The position numbers and the translations under genes are program-made. A stretch of DNA of 63,580 bases, counting the filler, from Pirum gemmata (taxonomy: Eukaryota): NCBI GenBank assembly GCA_002812295.1. It is 14 parts of 14 records of this genome, joined end to end, with 100 filler letters (N's around TTAATTAATTAA, not from the genome) between each part and the next. Parts side by side here need not be neighbours in the genome. Positions count along the whole stretch, not along the records: positions 24,601 to 28,610 come from PDIN01001586.1; positions 28,711 to 33,869 come from PDIN01001587.1; positions 33,970 to 37,983 come from PDIN01001588.1; positions 38,084 to 42,078 come from PDIN01001589.1; 10 more parts are not named here. One strand, written 5' to 3'. The notes below the pieces were generated by a model. It saw nothing but the letters and a program-made list of their open reading frames with translations. It ran no database searches and was not told where the DNA came from. This document shows, piece by piece, positions 25,888 through 39,504 of this stretch. The stretch's first letter is position 1; every line of letters starts with the position of its first letter.

Positions 25888-26206
25888 ATTGGGTTAGGGG
25901 CTGTTAGGGTTAGAAGGCAGAAGCAGAAAGTTGAGTTTTAGGGGTAGAATTCGGAAGTCTAATTGGGTTAGGGGCTGTTAGGGCTGTTTAATTCTGTTAG
26001 GGTTGGGAAACAACCGAACTAACCAACCAAGGATGGCTTACATTTTTGATCGACCATTCATACTTATTGTGTATAAAAAGTTTACTTTAAACCAATAAAA
26101 TTCGTATTTCCGGCGAACCGAAGTACGTAAGTAGCCTATACCGGGTAGACTTTTTTTAAAAAAAAAGATTATGATAGTGACACCAGCTACAGTGACAGTA
26201 CTATAC

Positions 26207-26439
26207 TAGTAGGGGTGAGATGACGTCATTTTATTATTACCGAACAGCTGCCGGAACTTTTCCGATTTTAGGGTTTTATTACTATTAATGTTAATACTAT
26301 TACTTTAATTGGTATCTACTATATTAAATTTACTATTTTAAGCTATGTAACTGCTATTATTAGTAAGAAAAACGGAACTAAGGTTGGCTCGATAAGCATC
26401 TGTTCGAAAAAAGTTCCACTAGATATCTCACCCCTACTA
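26207..26439. mobile_element. Candidate hAT-like MITE H
   Basis: 15-bp perfect inverted termini TAGTAGGGGTGAGAT / ATCTCACCCCTACTA; flanks TACTATAC and CTCTATAC match at 6 of 8 positions. Confidence 0.6.
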
Positions 26440-27165
26440 CTCTATACTACTAATGAAGTCTAATGGCATGTTTTTTGGCAAAAGTAGTCTAATACAGCCT
26501 ATTGTTTTAGTGGTGTGTATGTTTTGCACTTTTTTTTGGATTTTGGTTACAAATAAGCCAGGATTTCTCCGACTTTTTTTGGGGGGGTTACTAGCTAGAC
26601 TACAGACCGTTACAGGGATGTTTGGGGGTAGGAGGGGATCCTATATCATAATATTATTTAGTATGAATCTTTGCTCATACAAATTTTCATCTATTGTAGA
26701 TTCTCACTTGTTTATTTTTTTTTAGACCCTCCCAAAAAATTTTAGGGGTGATTTATATAGATAAAAATTCTAATAAAATATATATGTTTTTTTTTATTTG
26801 TTTTATCCAGCTATTTACACTTTAGGGGTGATTTATTGATAAAAATTCTAATATAACACAGCTTTTTTATTTGTTTTATCCAGTTATTTACACTTTGTTT
26901 ACCCCATCCATTTCTTACCATTTTTTTCATTTTTTTTAGCCTTTCCCTCTTTTTTTCCTCTTTTTTTCTTTTCTTTTTTATAATATAAATACCATCTTTT
27001 TATCATTATTACCATTATTATCATTATTATCATAATCATTATTGTTATTGCTATCCTATATACCGGTACACAATATATTATATATTATAATAAAACTTTC
27101 AAGCAATTTTATCATAATACATTATTTTATTCTTTATATTATATTTTATTAATATTCTTTTCTAT

Positions 27166-27700
27166 AAGAAACATTGGATGACTGCGGAAGCGTGTATTGT
27201 GTATTTAACTGAGCTGAAGTCAGAGTATTCTGGTAGAAAGATAGGGTTGATTTGGGATAGTGCGCCTGTTCACATAGCTGAGGAAGTGTTGAACTGGGTG
27301 AGAGAAGATAATGAAAATAATACTGAGGGAACAGTTATTATACTGGCACCCATTGATGGTGGTTTAACTTCTATTATACAAACTTGCGATATCGTTATGA
27401 TATGAATAAACCCATCAAAGATAGTGTCAGGAAATTTTATTTACAACACAAAGCTGAGTTATTTAAAAGGAGAAAATGGAAGAAGGTGTTACTTTTTCAA
27501 CTATTCAAGTTTCACGCGAAGATTTAACAGGTTTTATTGAAAAAACATTTAAAAATATCAATCGAAAAAGTATGAAGTCCAACTTCATAAGAAATAGTTT
27601 CACTAAAATTTAATGTGGTCTTAGCCCTTAGACTAGCTAGTAGTGAAGAACTGGCAACATTTAAAAATCATCTCGAAGGTTTAGAAACTAAAATCTAAGA
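27166..27700 (+). pseudogene. Decayed pogo/Tigger-like transposase (DDE_1 endonuclease, C-terminal half)
   Basis: KHWMT...KIGLIWDSAPVH...IDGGLTSIIQTCDIVM, a 5-bp ATGAT duplication frameshift, NKPIKDSVRKFY, a second frameshift, then IQVSREDLTGFIEKTF...IRNSFTK and CGLSP. These are typical DDE_1 motifs. Confidence 0.85.
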
Positions 27701-27771
27701 ATGTATGATTGAAACGTACTAGTATAGTACTATAGTACCGGTAGTACAGGTAGGTAGTATTTGTCTTTTTT

Positions 27772-27938
27772 TATAGTGCTTTTCAGTTGTTTTGTCATCA
27801 TGAAATAAACAATAGATAGTACCAAATTAATACAATATACATCCATTTAATTTAATTTGGTATATTTTATTATCTATTTATTGATTTAAACCCTCCAAAT
27901 AAATATTCAGAGTGACAAAATAAATGAAAAGCACGATA
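27772..27938 (-). mobile_element. MITE family A
   Basis: TATAGTGCTTTTCAGTTG...TGAAAAGCACGATA. Confidence 0.85.
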
Positions 27939-28514
27939 GTATAAATATTTCTTTTTTCGACGTTCCATTTACACTGGGATGTTTCGCCCATAAAAAAGTT
28001 ATATTAAGTTACACGAAATTGAGATGTTTTGGCCCAAAAAACAAAAACAACATGTCATTAGTACTGTCATTTATGGTAGTTTAGTTTTTGAAAGTGGTTT
28101 CAAAAGTACTCTTTTTTATCATAAAAATAAATAAATAAAAAGGAGATTTTTTTTTTTTAAAATTAATTAATGAACTTTCACTAGTGAACTTTCAATTCCT
28201 TACTATAACCAATTAATTTTAAAAAGTATTTTTTTTTAAAAAAAAAAAAATAATTTACAAGGAAAGAAACCCTATCTCTCCAAAACCCATCTATAAACCA
28301 ATGGTTGCTTCTAATATTGCTTCTTTAGAGCAAATTTGGATTTTTTTATATATATATATTTTTTTTTTACCAGAAATTTGTAAAAAAATTAATAGTATAT
28401 TAGTGCAGTATTGGTGCTGTCTCACCACTCCGCGTTCGCATTTTTAGCCAATTTTCCTTATTTTTTTTTTATAGGCTAAAAATGTCTAAAATGGTTAATA
28501 TTATATGCATAAGT

Positions 28515-28558
<44 letters not shown>

Positions 28559-28710
28559 CCTTTTTTTTATTATTATGATAATAAAAAAATTTTTTTTTGT
28601 TTTTTTTTTTNNNNNNNNNNNNNNNNNNNNNNNNNNNNNNNNNNNNNNNNNNNNTTAATTAATTAANNNNNNNNNNNNNNNNNNNNNNNNNNNNNNNNNN
28701 NNNNNNNNNN

Positions 28711-28741
<31 letters not shown>

Positions 28742-30551
28742 TTTTATTTTTTTCGGGATTTTCGCGTTAATAATGAGCAGTAGAATTCTAATTACCATAA
28801 GAAAAATGGGAAACTACTAGCCCAGATGTCAATTTGTAAAAAGAAGTTCCAAGTCTCGCACTTTATATGATATGTATGATAAAAAAAAAAAAAGCGTTTT
28901 TTTTTCATTTATAATTTAATTTTGATTTGTTTTTTATTTAATTTTTTGATTGGTGAGTTCGTAATTATCAGCTATTATTGGTCATAATTGGTGGTATATA
29001 TATTTTTTTGGGTCGATTTGTAATTTTGTACTTAGTGATAGTTAATTGGCCTGTTATAGTATTTTTTTGGTATGCTTTAAAAAAGTAATTTTGAGCGTCA
29101 GTGTTTAAAAAAGAGTGTTTAATAGGGATAGAGTTAGGGTTAAAAGATAGTCTATGGATTTTAGGGTAAGGCTCAGTGGTAGGGGTAGGGTTAGTGGCTG
29201 GTTGTTCGGGTTATAGCAAGTACAAAATAGTTTTGATTTGGTAAGTTTTATTTACAACATGGTGTTGATGGAGATAATAATTGAAACGGGATAAAATACG
29301 TCATTTTCAAATTTCGATTGCCCACAATTTATTCGAACATTGCACTATAATTAAAATATTAATTATATATTACTTATTTAAGTAGCAATATTTCTATTTT
29401 AAGTTATAACTAATTGATTTCTGCTTTCTTCAGTGATGAATCAGCGCCCCTCTGGTTTATTTATTATTATATTATCCTACTTTTTTTTACTATCATAATA
29501 AAAAAAGATCCAACTTTTTTTGTTATATTCGAAAATTTCAAACCTATTAAATACCTATTATATTAATTTTGTTTGGAAATTAAAAATTCTAATTAAACCC
29601 AAAAGTTGGACGTTTTTAAAAATAATTTGCCCCATACACATAATGTTGTAATATTGCTTTTGTATTTTCATTTTTTTATCTAATTTTTTTTATTATAATA
29701 TGGTAGTCTATTATTTTACTTTATTTTGCGTTTTCATAGTTTTATAATACAATATAAATATTATTATTTTATTATTTTATTATTTTATTATTANNNNNNN
29801 NNNNNNNNNNNNNNNNNNNNNNNNNNNNNNNNNNNNNNTTATTATTATTATTATTATTATTAAATATTATATGAGACCTATCTACTTCTATCTATCTGAT
29901 ACTTCCTACCTATGATTATTATACGCAAAGGCTCGATTTCCTGGGGTCTTTGTACTTTGTACGTTCAAAATTTGGTTTTTGTTATCAGTAAAAACCAGTC
30001 AAGAACCTCTACCAGCTAGCTAGATTATCGATAGACTAGTAGGTGTCATAACTAGCTAGCTAGCGTAAAGAACAGCCCAAGAACCCCACAGCCCAACAGT
30101 GTCACCACTCGGATCTATGCGTAGTCTAATCGGCGCCAAAACGAACAAGTTGCAGTTGTTTACTTACAACTAGCTAGCTAGTAGTAGCATGAGCCACTAT
30201 GATATCATACCTTTTGGGGTAGGGGGTCTCATGGTAGTCGGCAACTGTAGTCGACTCTCTACCGTAGCCTAAGAAAGCTTGTTTGTGAACAAACAGACTT
30301 GTTTAAACAGTCACCAGCTCAGTGACCTCAGTCATTCCTCTCCCGATAGAGAATTTAGTGAACTTTTGTCTATTTATCTAACTAAGACCCCAGGAGTCCC
30401 AGGACAAAGACTCCACGAAGTTCCAACGAGTTAAACTCTACCGGGACCGGGGGTAGACCTGGGGCTGGGACGCTGGGAGTCTATCATAGTCTGTCTAGTG
30501 TCTAGACTACCAAGCAGTACGCCACCTGGCCCGGCCAAGCCATAGACTATG

Positions 30552-30732
30552 TGCTCAAAAAATCCAAAAAATCTCAAGGATAGTCATGAGTAGAGCTATG
30601 CGTAGACAGTATGAACTGTATGATAGACTACTATAGTACTACTATCAAATTTTGAGAAATAGTCTAAGAAATTTTTATTATGAACCAATGGCCCGTTTTT
30701 AAAACTAATTTGGCTAGTAGTTAGCATCAAAG
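30552..30732 (-). mobile_element. MITE family C fragment interrupted by about 60 bp of TAG/CTA-rich sequence
   Basis: CTCAAAAAATCCAAAAAATCTCAA ... TTATGAACCAATGG...TAATTTGGCTAG. Confidence 0.65.
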
Positions 30733-31244
30733 GTTTTAGTAATAGTAACAGTAATAGTAATATCATAAGTTTACAGTAGTAATAGTAATATTAATATCAA
30801 TAGTATAGTAATAGTAATAGTAATAGTAGTGGAATTCGAAAATTTTAATAGTAATATTATTAATAGATGTAGAATATGATAGTAATAACAATAGTAATAG
30901 TAATAGTAATAGCAATAGTAATAGTAATTTAATAGTTAGGGTTACCAGTGTTTGTTAATATTATGCCAAGGTAGACTTAAATATATATCAATATAATCAT
31001 GTTATAATCATGGTTTACATAATATATTGCCATCAATATTATGCATGTAGTAATGGTAAAGATAGAGGATTTTTTAAAAAAGTTTATTTTCCTCTGTTGC
31101 AATTGTTTGTTGTCAAAATGACCAAAAACTTGGAAATTATAGAGTAAGGATAAAAGGTTACCATATGTGGGAATATAGGTGATAGGGTCATATTCAGTCC
31201 AGCATGAATAAATAACGGCAAAGGTGTCATATATAGCATAAGCG

Positions 31245-32090
31245 GTGGGTTAGGATTAGGGTTAGGGATATATAGTCATATAATATTTATTAATTAGGGT
31301 TAGGGTCAGGGTTAGGGTTAGGGATATATAGTCATATTTATTAATTAATTAGGGTTAGGTTCAGGGTTATAGTCATATTTATTGTTAGGGACAGGGTTAT
31401 TGGGTTTAGGGTTATGATATTAGGTTTATTTAGGGTTATCAGCTAGGGTTAGAATTATAGGGTTATAGGGTCAGGGTTAGAGGTTACTCAGGTTAGGGGG
31501 GTTGGGGTTAGGGTTATTATTAGGGCTAGGGCTCGGGTTAAGGTTATAGGGTTAGGGTTAGGGTTAGGGTTAGGGTTAGGGTTAGGGTTAATCCATAATA
31601 TGATATAGTTCCAATTGCAAAGACAATTTATACTGAAACTACGTATACCTTCATGTATATTGATGCTATTAATGAATCCCTAACCCTTGATTAAGCTTCA
31701 TATGCATCTTCGCCTTCACTTTCCCCTTAATTAACCCTTCCTCTGTTTAAAAGGCCAAAGGAATCAAATTTTACCCTGAAGGGAAAAAGCCAGCACTCGT
31801 AAGTTGTGATACCAAGGTTAATTCAGGGTTAGTTTAGGGTTAGCGCCAATTAAAGTTAGGGTTAATTAAGGTTAGGGTTAGGGTTAATCCATGATATGAT
31901 ATAGTTCCAAAGACAATTTATACTGAAACCACTTTCATGTATATTGATGTTATTAATTAATGAATCCCTAACCCTTATAATTAATTAAGCTTTGCCTTCA
32001 CCTTCACTTTCCCCTTAATTAACCCTTTTTAATTAAAAGGTCAAAAGAATCAAATCCCGAAGGGAAAAAGCTAGCACTCGTAAGTTGTAA
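31245..32090 (+). repeat. TTAGGG tract followed by a tandem duplication of about 295 bp (TTAGGG block plus about 220 bp unique sequence)
   Basis: GGGTTAATCCAT..TATGATATAGTTCCAA...CTTCACTTTCCCCTTAATTAACCC...GAAGGGAAAAAGC.AGCACTCGTAAGTTGT at 31585-31808 and 31881-32088. Confidence 0.85.
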
Positions 32091-32648
32091 TTTCAAAACG
32101 GATTGAAAGATTTTTCTATTACATTGGAATTTGGTTGTTTTGTTTCATTACTTTCATTGTTATCTTCCACGAGGAGGCAAAACCTGGCAAAACCACTCTA
32201 GCTATTCATATCGTATTAGAGGGCAAAACGGCCATAGGCAAAACGGCAAAACCAGCTGGCACAGTCTGTAGTGACTCTGCACAGGCAGCACAGCCCTGGC
32301 AAACCCAACAAAGTCTCTAGAAACAGACCAATCATAGTCTACTATAGAGCTGCTGACCAACAAAAAAGAACAAAATAATATAGTCTAAATTCCATTGGTA
32401 AATATATAAACCATACACAAATTAACACCAAACTGACAACGAATAAAAACCTAGTAAATCAAAAAGATCCCAAATTTAGGATGCATGCCTTTAAAATATA
32501 ATTATATTTATAAATAAATAAAATAATAAACCAATGAATCATGCACTGCAATGATTGATAGTTGATAGTTTCGACTCTCCACTGAGTCTCCAGCCGTGGT
32601 TAGCCAGTCGTCTAGCCAGTCGTGGTGCCTTGAGAGGCTAGCTAGCTA

Positions 32649-32709
<61 letters not shown>

Positions 32710-32715
<6 letters not shown>

Positions 32716-32966
32716 AGCCAAGACGGATGAACTGTACTACAGAAACCATTATTATTTTTTTTTTACACTTCTTTTCTAAAATCTTTAATGCTAACTAGTC
32801 AAATTATTTTTGAAAACTAGCAATTGATTCATAATAGAGTTTTATTAGTTTTTAAATCATTTCTCAAACTTTGGTAGTACTTCTATTAAAATTGGATCAT
32901 TTTGAGATTTTTGGATTTTGAGCTCACATGGCTGATGTTGCAATTTTTATCTGGCTTGGCTGTTAA
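32710..32966 (+). mobile_element. MITE family C, full length
   Basis: Right end TTTTATCTGGCTTGGCTG-TTAA is the exact reverse complement of the left end of the 10446 copy; left end here reads TTAA-ATAGCCAAGACGGAT. Confidence 0.85.
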
Positions 32967-33969
32967 AAAAAAAAATTATGGGTAAGTAAACCAAAATAAT
33001 ACTCAAATATATATTATATATACCTAAACTAAAATTCTAACCATAGATGACTTGTAATTAATTTTTTATGGTTAGAACAGAAAAATCAAACTTTATTTTT
33101 TACTCATTATTTATTAGTCACTGTTCTTTTGCTTTTATTGGCTTATTCGTTCTATTTTTCTGCTGTAGTGACTATATAGTCCTACCTAGTATCATATTAT
33201 ACTGTTACATTATCGTAATTTATTAGAGGGGTTGATTCTTTTTGCGTTGTTATTAATATTATAAAATCAATGCATTTAATCTGAAAATTAATTTTTAGTT
33301 ATTGATTACGTGTGTGATATAAGAGAGAAATAAATTTAAAACAGAACTTAATGAAGCTAATTATTGTTGTATAATTAATACTGTACGTATACATGTGTGG
33401 TTTTTTTTAATTTTTGTGATTATATGTATTTAATTATTAATATTATTACTGTCGTCTAAGTCATTGTCACTAGTGTTTTTATTAGTATTGTTATTGTTGT
33501 TTTATTATTGTTAATTCAATTCAACAACCTTTTTTTTTTCCTTCTATTTTAATTATTAACAGAAACACTATTAACTCAAGACAATATTAATATTAAATTT
33601 CATTGTTGTTATTATTATTGTTGATTTTAATAATTTCTCTTGATCCATCAATCACCCCAAAATTAATTGTTATTTTTAATTGAAAAATAATAGATCTGAT
33701 GCCATTTTATTTATTTATTTATTCAGTTTAAATTTGAGTGATTTCCTTGTCATTATAAATTCCACAACAAAGATAAGATAACAACAAACATTAATAACAC
33801 AATATTAATGTCACACATGTACAGCAACTAAAAAAACAGTATATTATGATAGCTAATAATAATAATAATNNNNNNNNNNNNNNNNNNNNNNNNNNNNNNN
33901 NNNNNNNNNNNNNTTAATTAATTAANNNNNNNNNNNNNNNNNNNNNNNNNNNNNNNNNNNNNNNNNNNN

Positions 33970-34072
33970 TCCATTTCATTTAATTTGGTATATTTTATTA
34001 TATATTTATTTATTTATAAAGTGTCAATTTAAATATTATAAACAACCAAATAAATATTCGCAGTGACAAAAT
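33970..34072 (-). mobile_element. MITE family A fragment at contig start
   Basis: CCATTTCATTTAATTTGGTATATTTTATT...CCAAATAAATATTCGCAGTGACAAAAT. Confidence 0.7.
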
Positions 34073-34143
34073 ATATATTTAGTGTGTTCGAAATGTTCGA
34101 GCCGGCAGAAAAAATTTGGCCACTTTTCAAAAGTTGGTAAATG

Positions 34144-34850
34144 TTAGGTTAGGCGTACTGCACCATATCTTGGCGGGTATTTATGCTTTTTTGTTAGTTT
34201 ATGCACAGGTTTTTGAATTTTTGGAAAGTTTACTTCAGCTAGACAATCACGAATGATAGTTTGAGGAGCAAACTGAGAATAAAAATTTTTGATAGCTTCA
34301 GTGTTTGATCTTTCTTTTGCAATGTCATCAATAGTTGTTTGATTAGCAAACAAGAACCTGGTTTGTACGGCTGATAAATACCAACAAACGTTAATAACAA
34401 TATGTACGTGCTACATTTTTTTCTGGTACAACATAATACGCGTGTAAACCTATATGAATGGAATATTGGGCAATATATATGTAGCTAATAAAATGAGCTT
34501 TATTATTAAGCGGTGGATCTACAGTGGAATGATTGTACGTATTAAATAATTCAACTCCGACCTAGAACGGAACTTAAATGTTCAACTAACATTTTAAATT
34601 CGTCTTTTACACGTATCATAACGTCTATACCTAAAGATCCCAAATCCGGATAATCAAAAAAGTTAGTTCCATAACGTAAAATTCCAATAAGTTTCCCTTC
34701 GGTAAACCACCATTCTTTAGTTTTTAAAAGCGGATCAGATTGCATTGTATCAATAAAATGTATAATTGACAAATCATAATTTTGTTTGGCTGCTATTTGC
34801 TGGGGTTGTAAATGGTTGAGATTTTACCTTTTCTTCTTGTAATTTCATGT
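34144..34850 (-). pseudogene. Disrupted LicD/fukutin-like nucleotidyltransferase
   Basis: WWFTEGKLIGILRYG...DLGSLGIDVMI resembles the LicD W-x-x-x-GTLLGA-x-R-x-G...D-x-DID motif, but the acidic residues are degraded. Frameshifted continuations follow (…IHIGLHAYYV…*, FANQTTIDD…). Confidence 0.45.
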
Positions 34851-35233
34851 TAATTAAGTTTTTTACTTTTCATTATTATAGCATACTGAATAATTTTTAA
34901 TTTTTAAAATAATTATCGTAATTAACGAAGTAATATTTATACCAGCTTTCATTTATTTTCCTTCAATTTCGTTTTTTATTTGCTTAACGATGTAAAGTAT
35001 CTACAACATTATTACGGTGTAGGACTTTGGAATTCTTCGTCTACAACGTCAGCCGCCCAAATCCAACACGCGGCAGGTATCGGGACTTCTGTAGTTGCAC
35101 CAACAACGGTAGTAGGCACCTCGATTACATTAGGAAGTTGTGTACAAAATTGTGAAAATACGTCTTCTTGACTTCTTCTTGCCAGTTTGGTAGTCCTGGT
35201 TGTCGTTTGTTCACTACTCTATAGAGTTTGTTT

Positions 35234-35358
35234 AGCGTTCAAATACTACGTCACGTCGATGGTCAGGTAGGTAGGTGGTATTTTGACGGGAAATTAACGT
35301 TAAGGGGTAGGTAGGTAGGGGGTATTTGACCAGAAATTGGCGTTGCGTAGTATTCCTT
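35234..35358 (+). mobile_element. MITE family F
   Basis: AGCGTTCAAATACTACGTCACGTC...GAAATTGGCGTTGCGTAGTATT. Confidence 0.7.
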
Positions 35359-35999
35359 ACAAACAAGCGAGAAAAAAAATATTTTGGTTCCTAGTGGGGG
35401 GTGCCCTAAATATATTTCCCACCACTACTCTACTACTACTAGTAGCTAATGTTCACATTTTCAGTTCCCTGTTGATATTAAACCCCTGTGATTATTATTA
35501 TATCATTATTATTGATTATTGTTATTGTTATTGTTACCAGTCAAAAATGGTAACCCTAACCCCAAACCCAAGGCTGTGGCACAGTCTTCCCTTTAGTAAT
35601 CCTAACCAGTACAGTATTTTTGACAGTATAATAACAATAACAATAACAATAATCAATATTATACTAATACTAATAATATAATAATAATAATAATAATGAT
35701 GATGATGATAATAATAGTAATAGTAATGATAATGATATCGATAATGATAATGATAATGATAATGATAATGATAATGATTATTGATAATAACAATAACAAT
35801 AACAGTAACAATAACAATATAATATAACAATAGCAATATAATTATAACAATATAATTATACCAATAACAATAACAATCACAATAACAATAAAAATAACAG
35901 TAACAGTAAAAATAACAATAACCATAACAATAACAATAATAACAATAACAATAATAACAATGACAATAACAATAACAATATTGTTATTAATAATAATAA

Positions 36000-36189
36000 T
36001 ATCGTGCATTTCATCTATTTTGTCACTCTGAATATTTATTTGGAGGGTTATAATATTTAAATTGACATTTTTAAATCAATATATAGATAATAAAATATAA
36101 CAAATTAGATTAAATAGATTTATATTGTATTAATTTGGTACTATTTATTTGTTTATTTTATGATGACAAAACAACTGAAAAACACTATA
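36000..36189 (+). mobile_element. MITE family A
   Basis: TATCGTGCATTTCATCTATTTTGTCAC...CAACTGAAAAACACTATA. Confidence 0.85.
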
Positions 36190-37026
36190 ATAATATTAAT
36201 TAAAAACAATATTATAACAATAACAATATAACAATAGCAGAACCAATAACAATAACAATAACAATAACAATAACAATAGCAATAACAATAGTAATAGCAA
36301 TAGCAATAACAATAACTAACATGCATCATAATGATGTCTAGTATCATAGATAATGATGTATAATAGTTTGTACATCATGATAATATTTATAATAAAATAA
36401 TAGAATCCTATATTTGTAATAAACATTGTTACGTATCATACAAGTCTATTTTTAGGTTTCTGGCAGCATAAACCAGGCACCATAGTGGCTAGTAAGCCCT
36501 CATACTGCCCTCATGCAGCATGCTTCCAACAAATCTACATACCAGCATTTGATTTGATATTTATATTTAAAATATATATATAATATTAGCCAATCCTCTA
36601 TCTATATATACAAGCGTTTACAAGTCAACATTAATTACTAACGTCACTTTTCAAGCACCCCTTTTCTAGATTTAAGGGCTTAGATTGCAATCTTTTAATA
36701 TTTATCTGGTATAATCAAATGGTAATCTTTTTCTATATATTGCTATTTAATGGCTAGATATTGCAACCTTTTATTTTTTATCTGGTAGGATTAAATGGTG
36801 TGTCTGTAATGTTATGATGACGTCATTAATGAATGTTCCCCAGATAATGAATTCGAGCAGCTATTCGAGCTCAAAATTTGAAGTAGTCTTTTTTACTCTC
36901 CCCACTCCTACTACTAGCTCCACTCTAGCTAGACTATGTCATATCTGTATGTAATACTATGTATAGTATATTCTATCATACACTTTGTAGCTATCAAAGT
37001 CTAATAGTCTCTAATAATAATAATAA

Positions 37027-37057
<31 letters not shown>

Positions 37058-37233
37058 AAATAAATAAAAATAAATAAAAATAAATAAAAATAAATAAAAA
37101 TAAATAAAATAATAAAATAATAAAATAAAAAAATAAAAAAATAAAATAATAATAAAATAATAAAATAATAATAAAATAATAATAATAAATAATAAACAAA
37201 CAACAATAAAATAATAAAACCTATGTATTATCA

Positions 37234-37830
<597 letters not shown>

Positions 37831-38402
37831 TTAATGGCGGGTGATAATATTAGGGAGAGAGAGAGGACGAAGTGAGTTTACCTTTTACAACTACAACTCC
37901 AATTACGGCTACAACTACAACTACAACTACAACTACAACTACAACTACAACTACAACTACAACTACAACTACAACTACCACCANNNNNNNNNNNNNNNNN
38001 NNNNNNNNNNNNNNNNNNNNNNNNNNNTTAATTAATTAANNNNNNNNNNNNNNNNNNNNNNNNNNNNNNNNNNNNNNNNNNNNATTATTATTATTATTAT
38101 TATTATTAAACATAGCTTTAACCACCACCATCACCACCACCACAGTTAATGTTTTTGTTTTGTACTTATTCTTTTTCTTGTATATGTGGGTTTGTTTGTT
38201 CCAGAAATTCAGAATTAACCCCATTTAATGTTTGCACTAATTTAATTAGTCTATGACCGTGACCATCATATTGGCCACCATCACCAATATAATTTTTATT
38301 GTACGATCACTATTAGCAATACCGTCACCATCATTACTATCATTATCGGCATGCTTATAAGAGTTAACCCTGGCCTTAACCCTAACCCTACTGTACTGTT
38401 AC

Positions 38403-38604
38403 TATCGTCTATTTCATTATAGTTGTCCTCTCAATATTTAATTTGGTACTGTTTAAGTGTATAATTGAACTTGTTTATAAAATACAACATTTAAAGTATA
38501 AAATACCAAATTAATTAAAACACGTCTGATTGTTTAACCATAATAATAATTTGGTACGTTTATTTCAGTTTTTGAATTGGGAAACACTATTGAAAAACGC
38601 GATA
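38403..38604 (+). mobile_element. MITE family B, full-length reference copy (about 200 bp), upstream of the GRASP exon
   Basis: TATCGTCTATTTCATTATAGTTGTCCTCTC...GAAACACTATTGAAAAACGCGATA. Confidence 0.85.
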
Positions 38605-38735
38605 TGTCCCAATTTTTTTTGTTTGTTAGCTTATAATTTTATGTCCTATTTTTGTTGTTTAGTTTTTTTGATGATTTCGTTTTATATTGTCATATTACAT
38701 GTATTTTTAATGATATTCTATTGTTACATTGTCAG

Positions 38736-39167
38736 ACGGTTGAGCCTAATTCACCTGCAGCATTAGCTGGGCTTGTGCAGCAGCATGATTATATTATCGG
38801 CGGACCTAACGTCGTTTTTACCACTCCAGAATCCTTACATGAATTGATACAACAAAACTTTGGAAAAGAAATTACTATGTATGTTTATAATTCGGTTGAT
38901 AACTTTTGCAGGGAAGTACAACTTATTCCTATGACAGATTGGTATGTTTTTATAATTACAAGGATGTGTCCATAAAGGGGTTGGCGGTAGGGGGGTTGGA
39001 GGTAAATGACGAGATAGTGGTGTGAGAGGGCTCATTATTTTAATCATCATCATCGATCATTATCATTGATCTTCATCGAACATCATCATGTTTATCATAA
39101 TCATCATCATCATGATTATCATCACCATGATCATCATGATCATCATGATCATCATCATCATCATTGA

Positions 39168-39203
<36 letters not shown>

Positions 39204-39492
39204 GACCATCACCATTTATGCCACAAATGCCTAAAACCTGTGCCTGTCTATATTCAAGAGTTTAGCAATTGAATATGAATATTTTTATATAACACACGGG
39301 CGTAGAATCATCATGGCCATCACCATTTATGTCACAAATGCCTAAAACCTGTGCCTGTCTATATTCAAGAGTATAGCAATTAAATATAAATATTTTTATA
39401 TAACACATAGGGGGGGCGAGGGTAGTCTTGGTTGTAAAATTGGATATGGCAGTGCCTCAGAAATACCTGTAGCACCACCATTCGGAACTTAA
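38736..39492 (+). CDS. GORASP: Last two exons of a GRASP55/65 (Golgi reassembly stacking protein) gene
   Basis: Exon 38736-38941 (TVEPNSPAALAGL...DYIIG...MYVYNSVDNFCREVQLIPMTD-W, donor GTATG) splices in phase to 39411-39492 (GGEGSLGCKIGYGSASEIPVAPPFGT*), rebuilding the GRASP WGGEGSLGC-x-IGYG motif. Confidence 0.9.
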
Positions 39493-39504
39493 AAAGCCAT
39501 TTTA

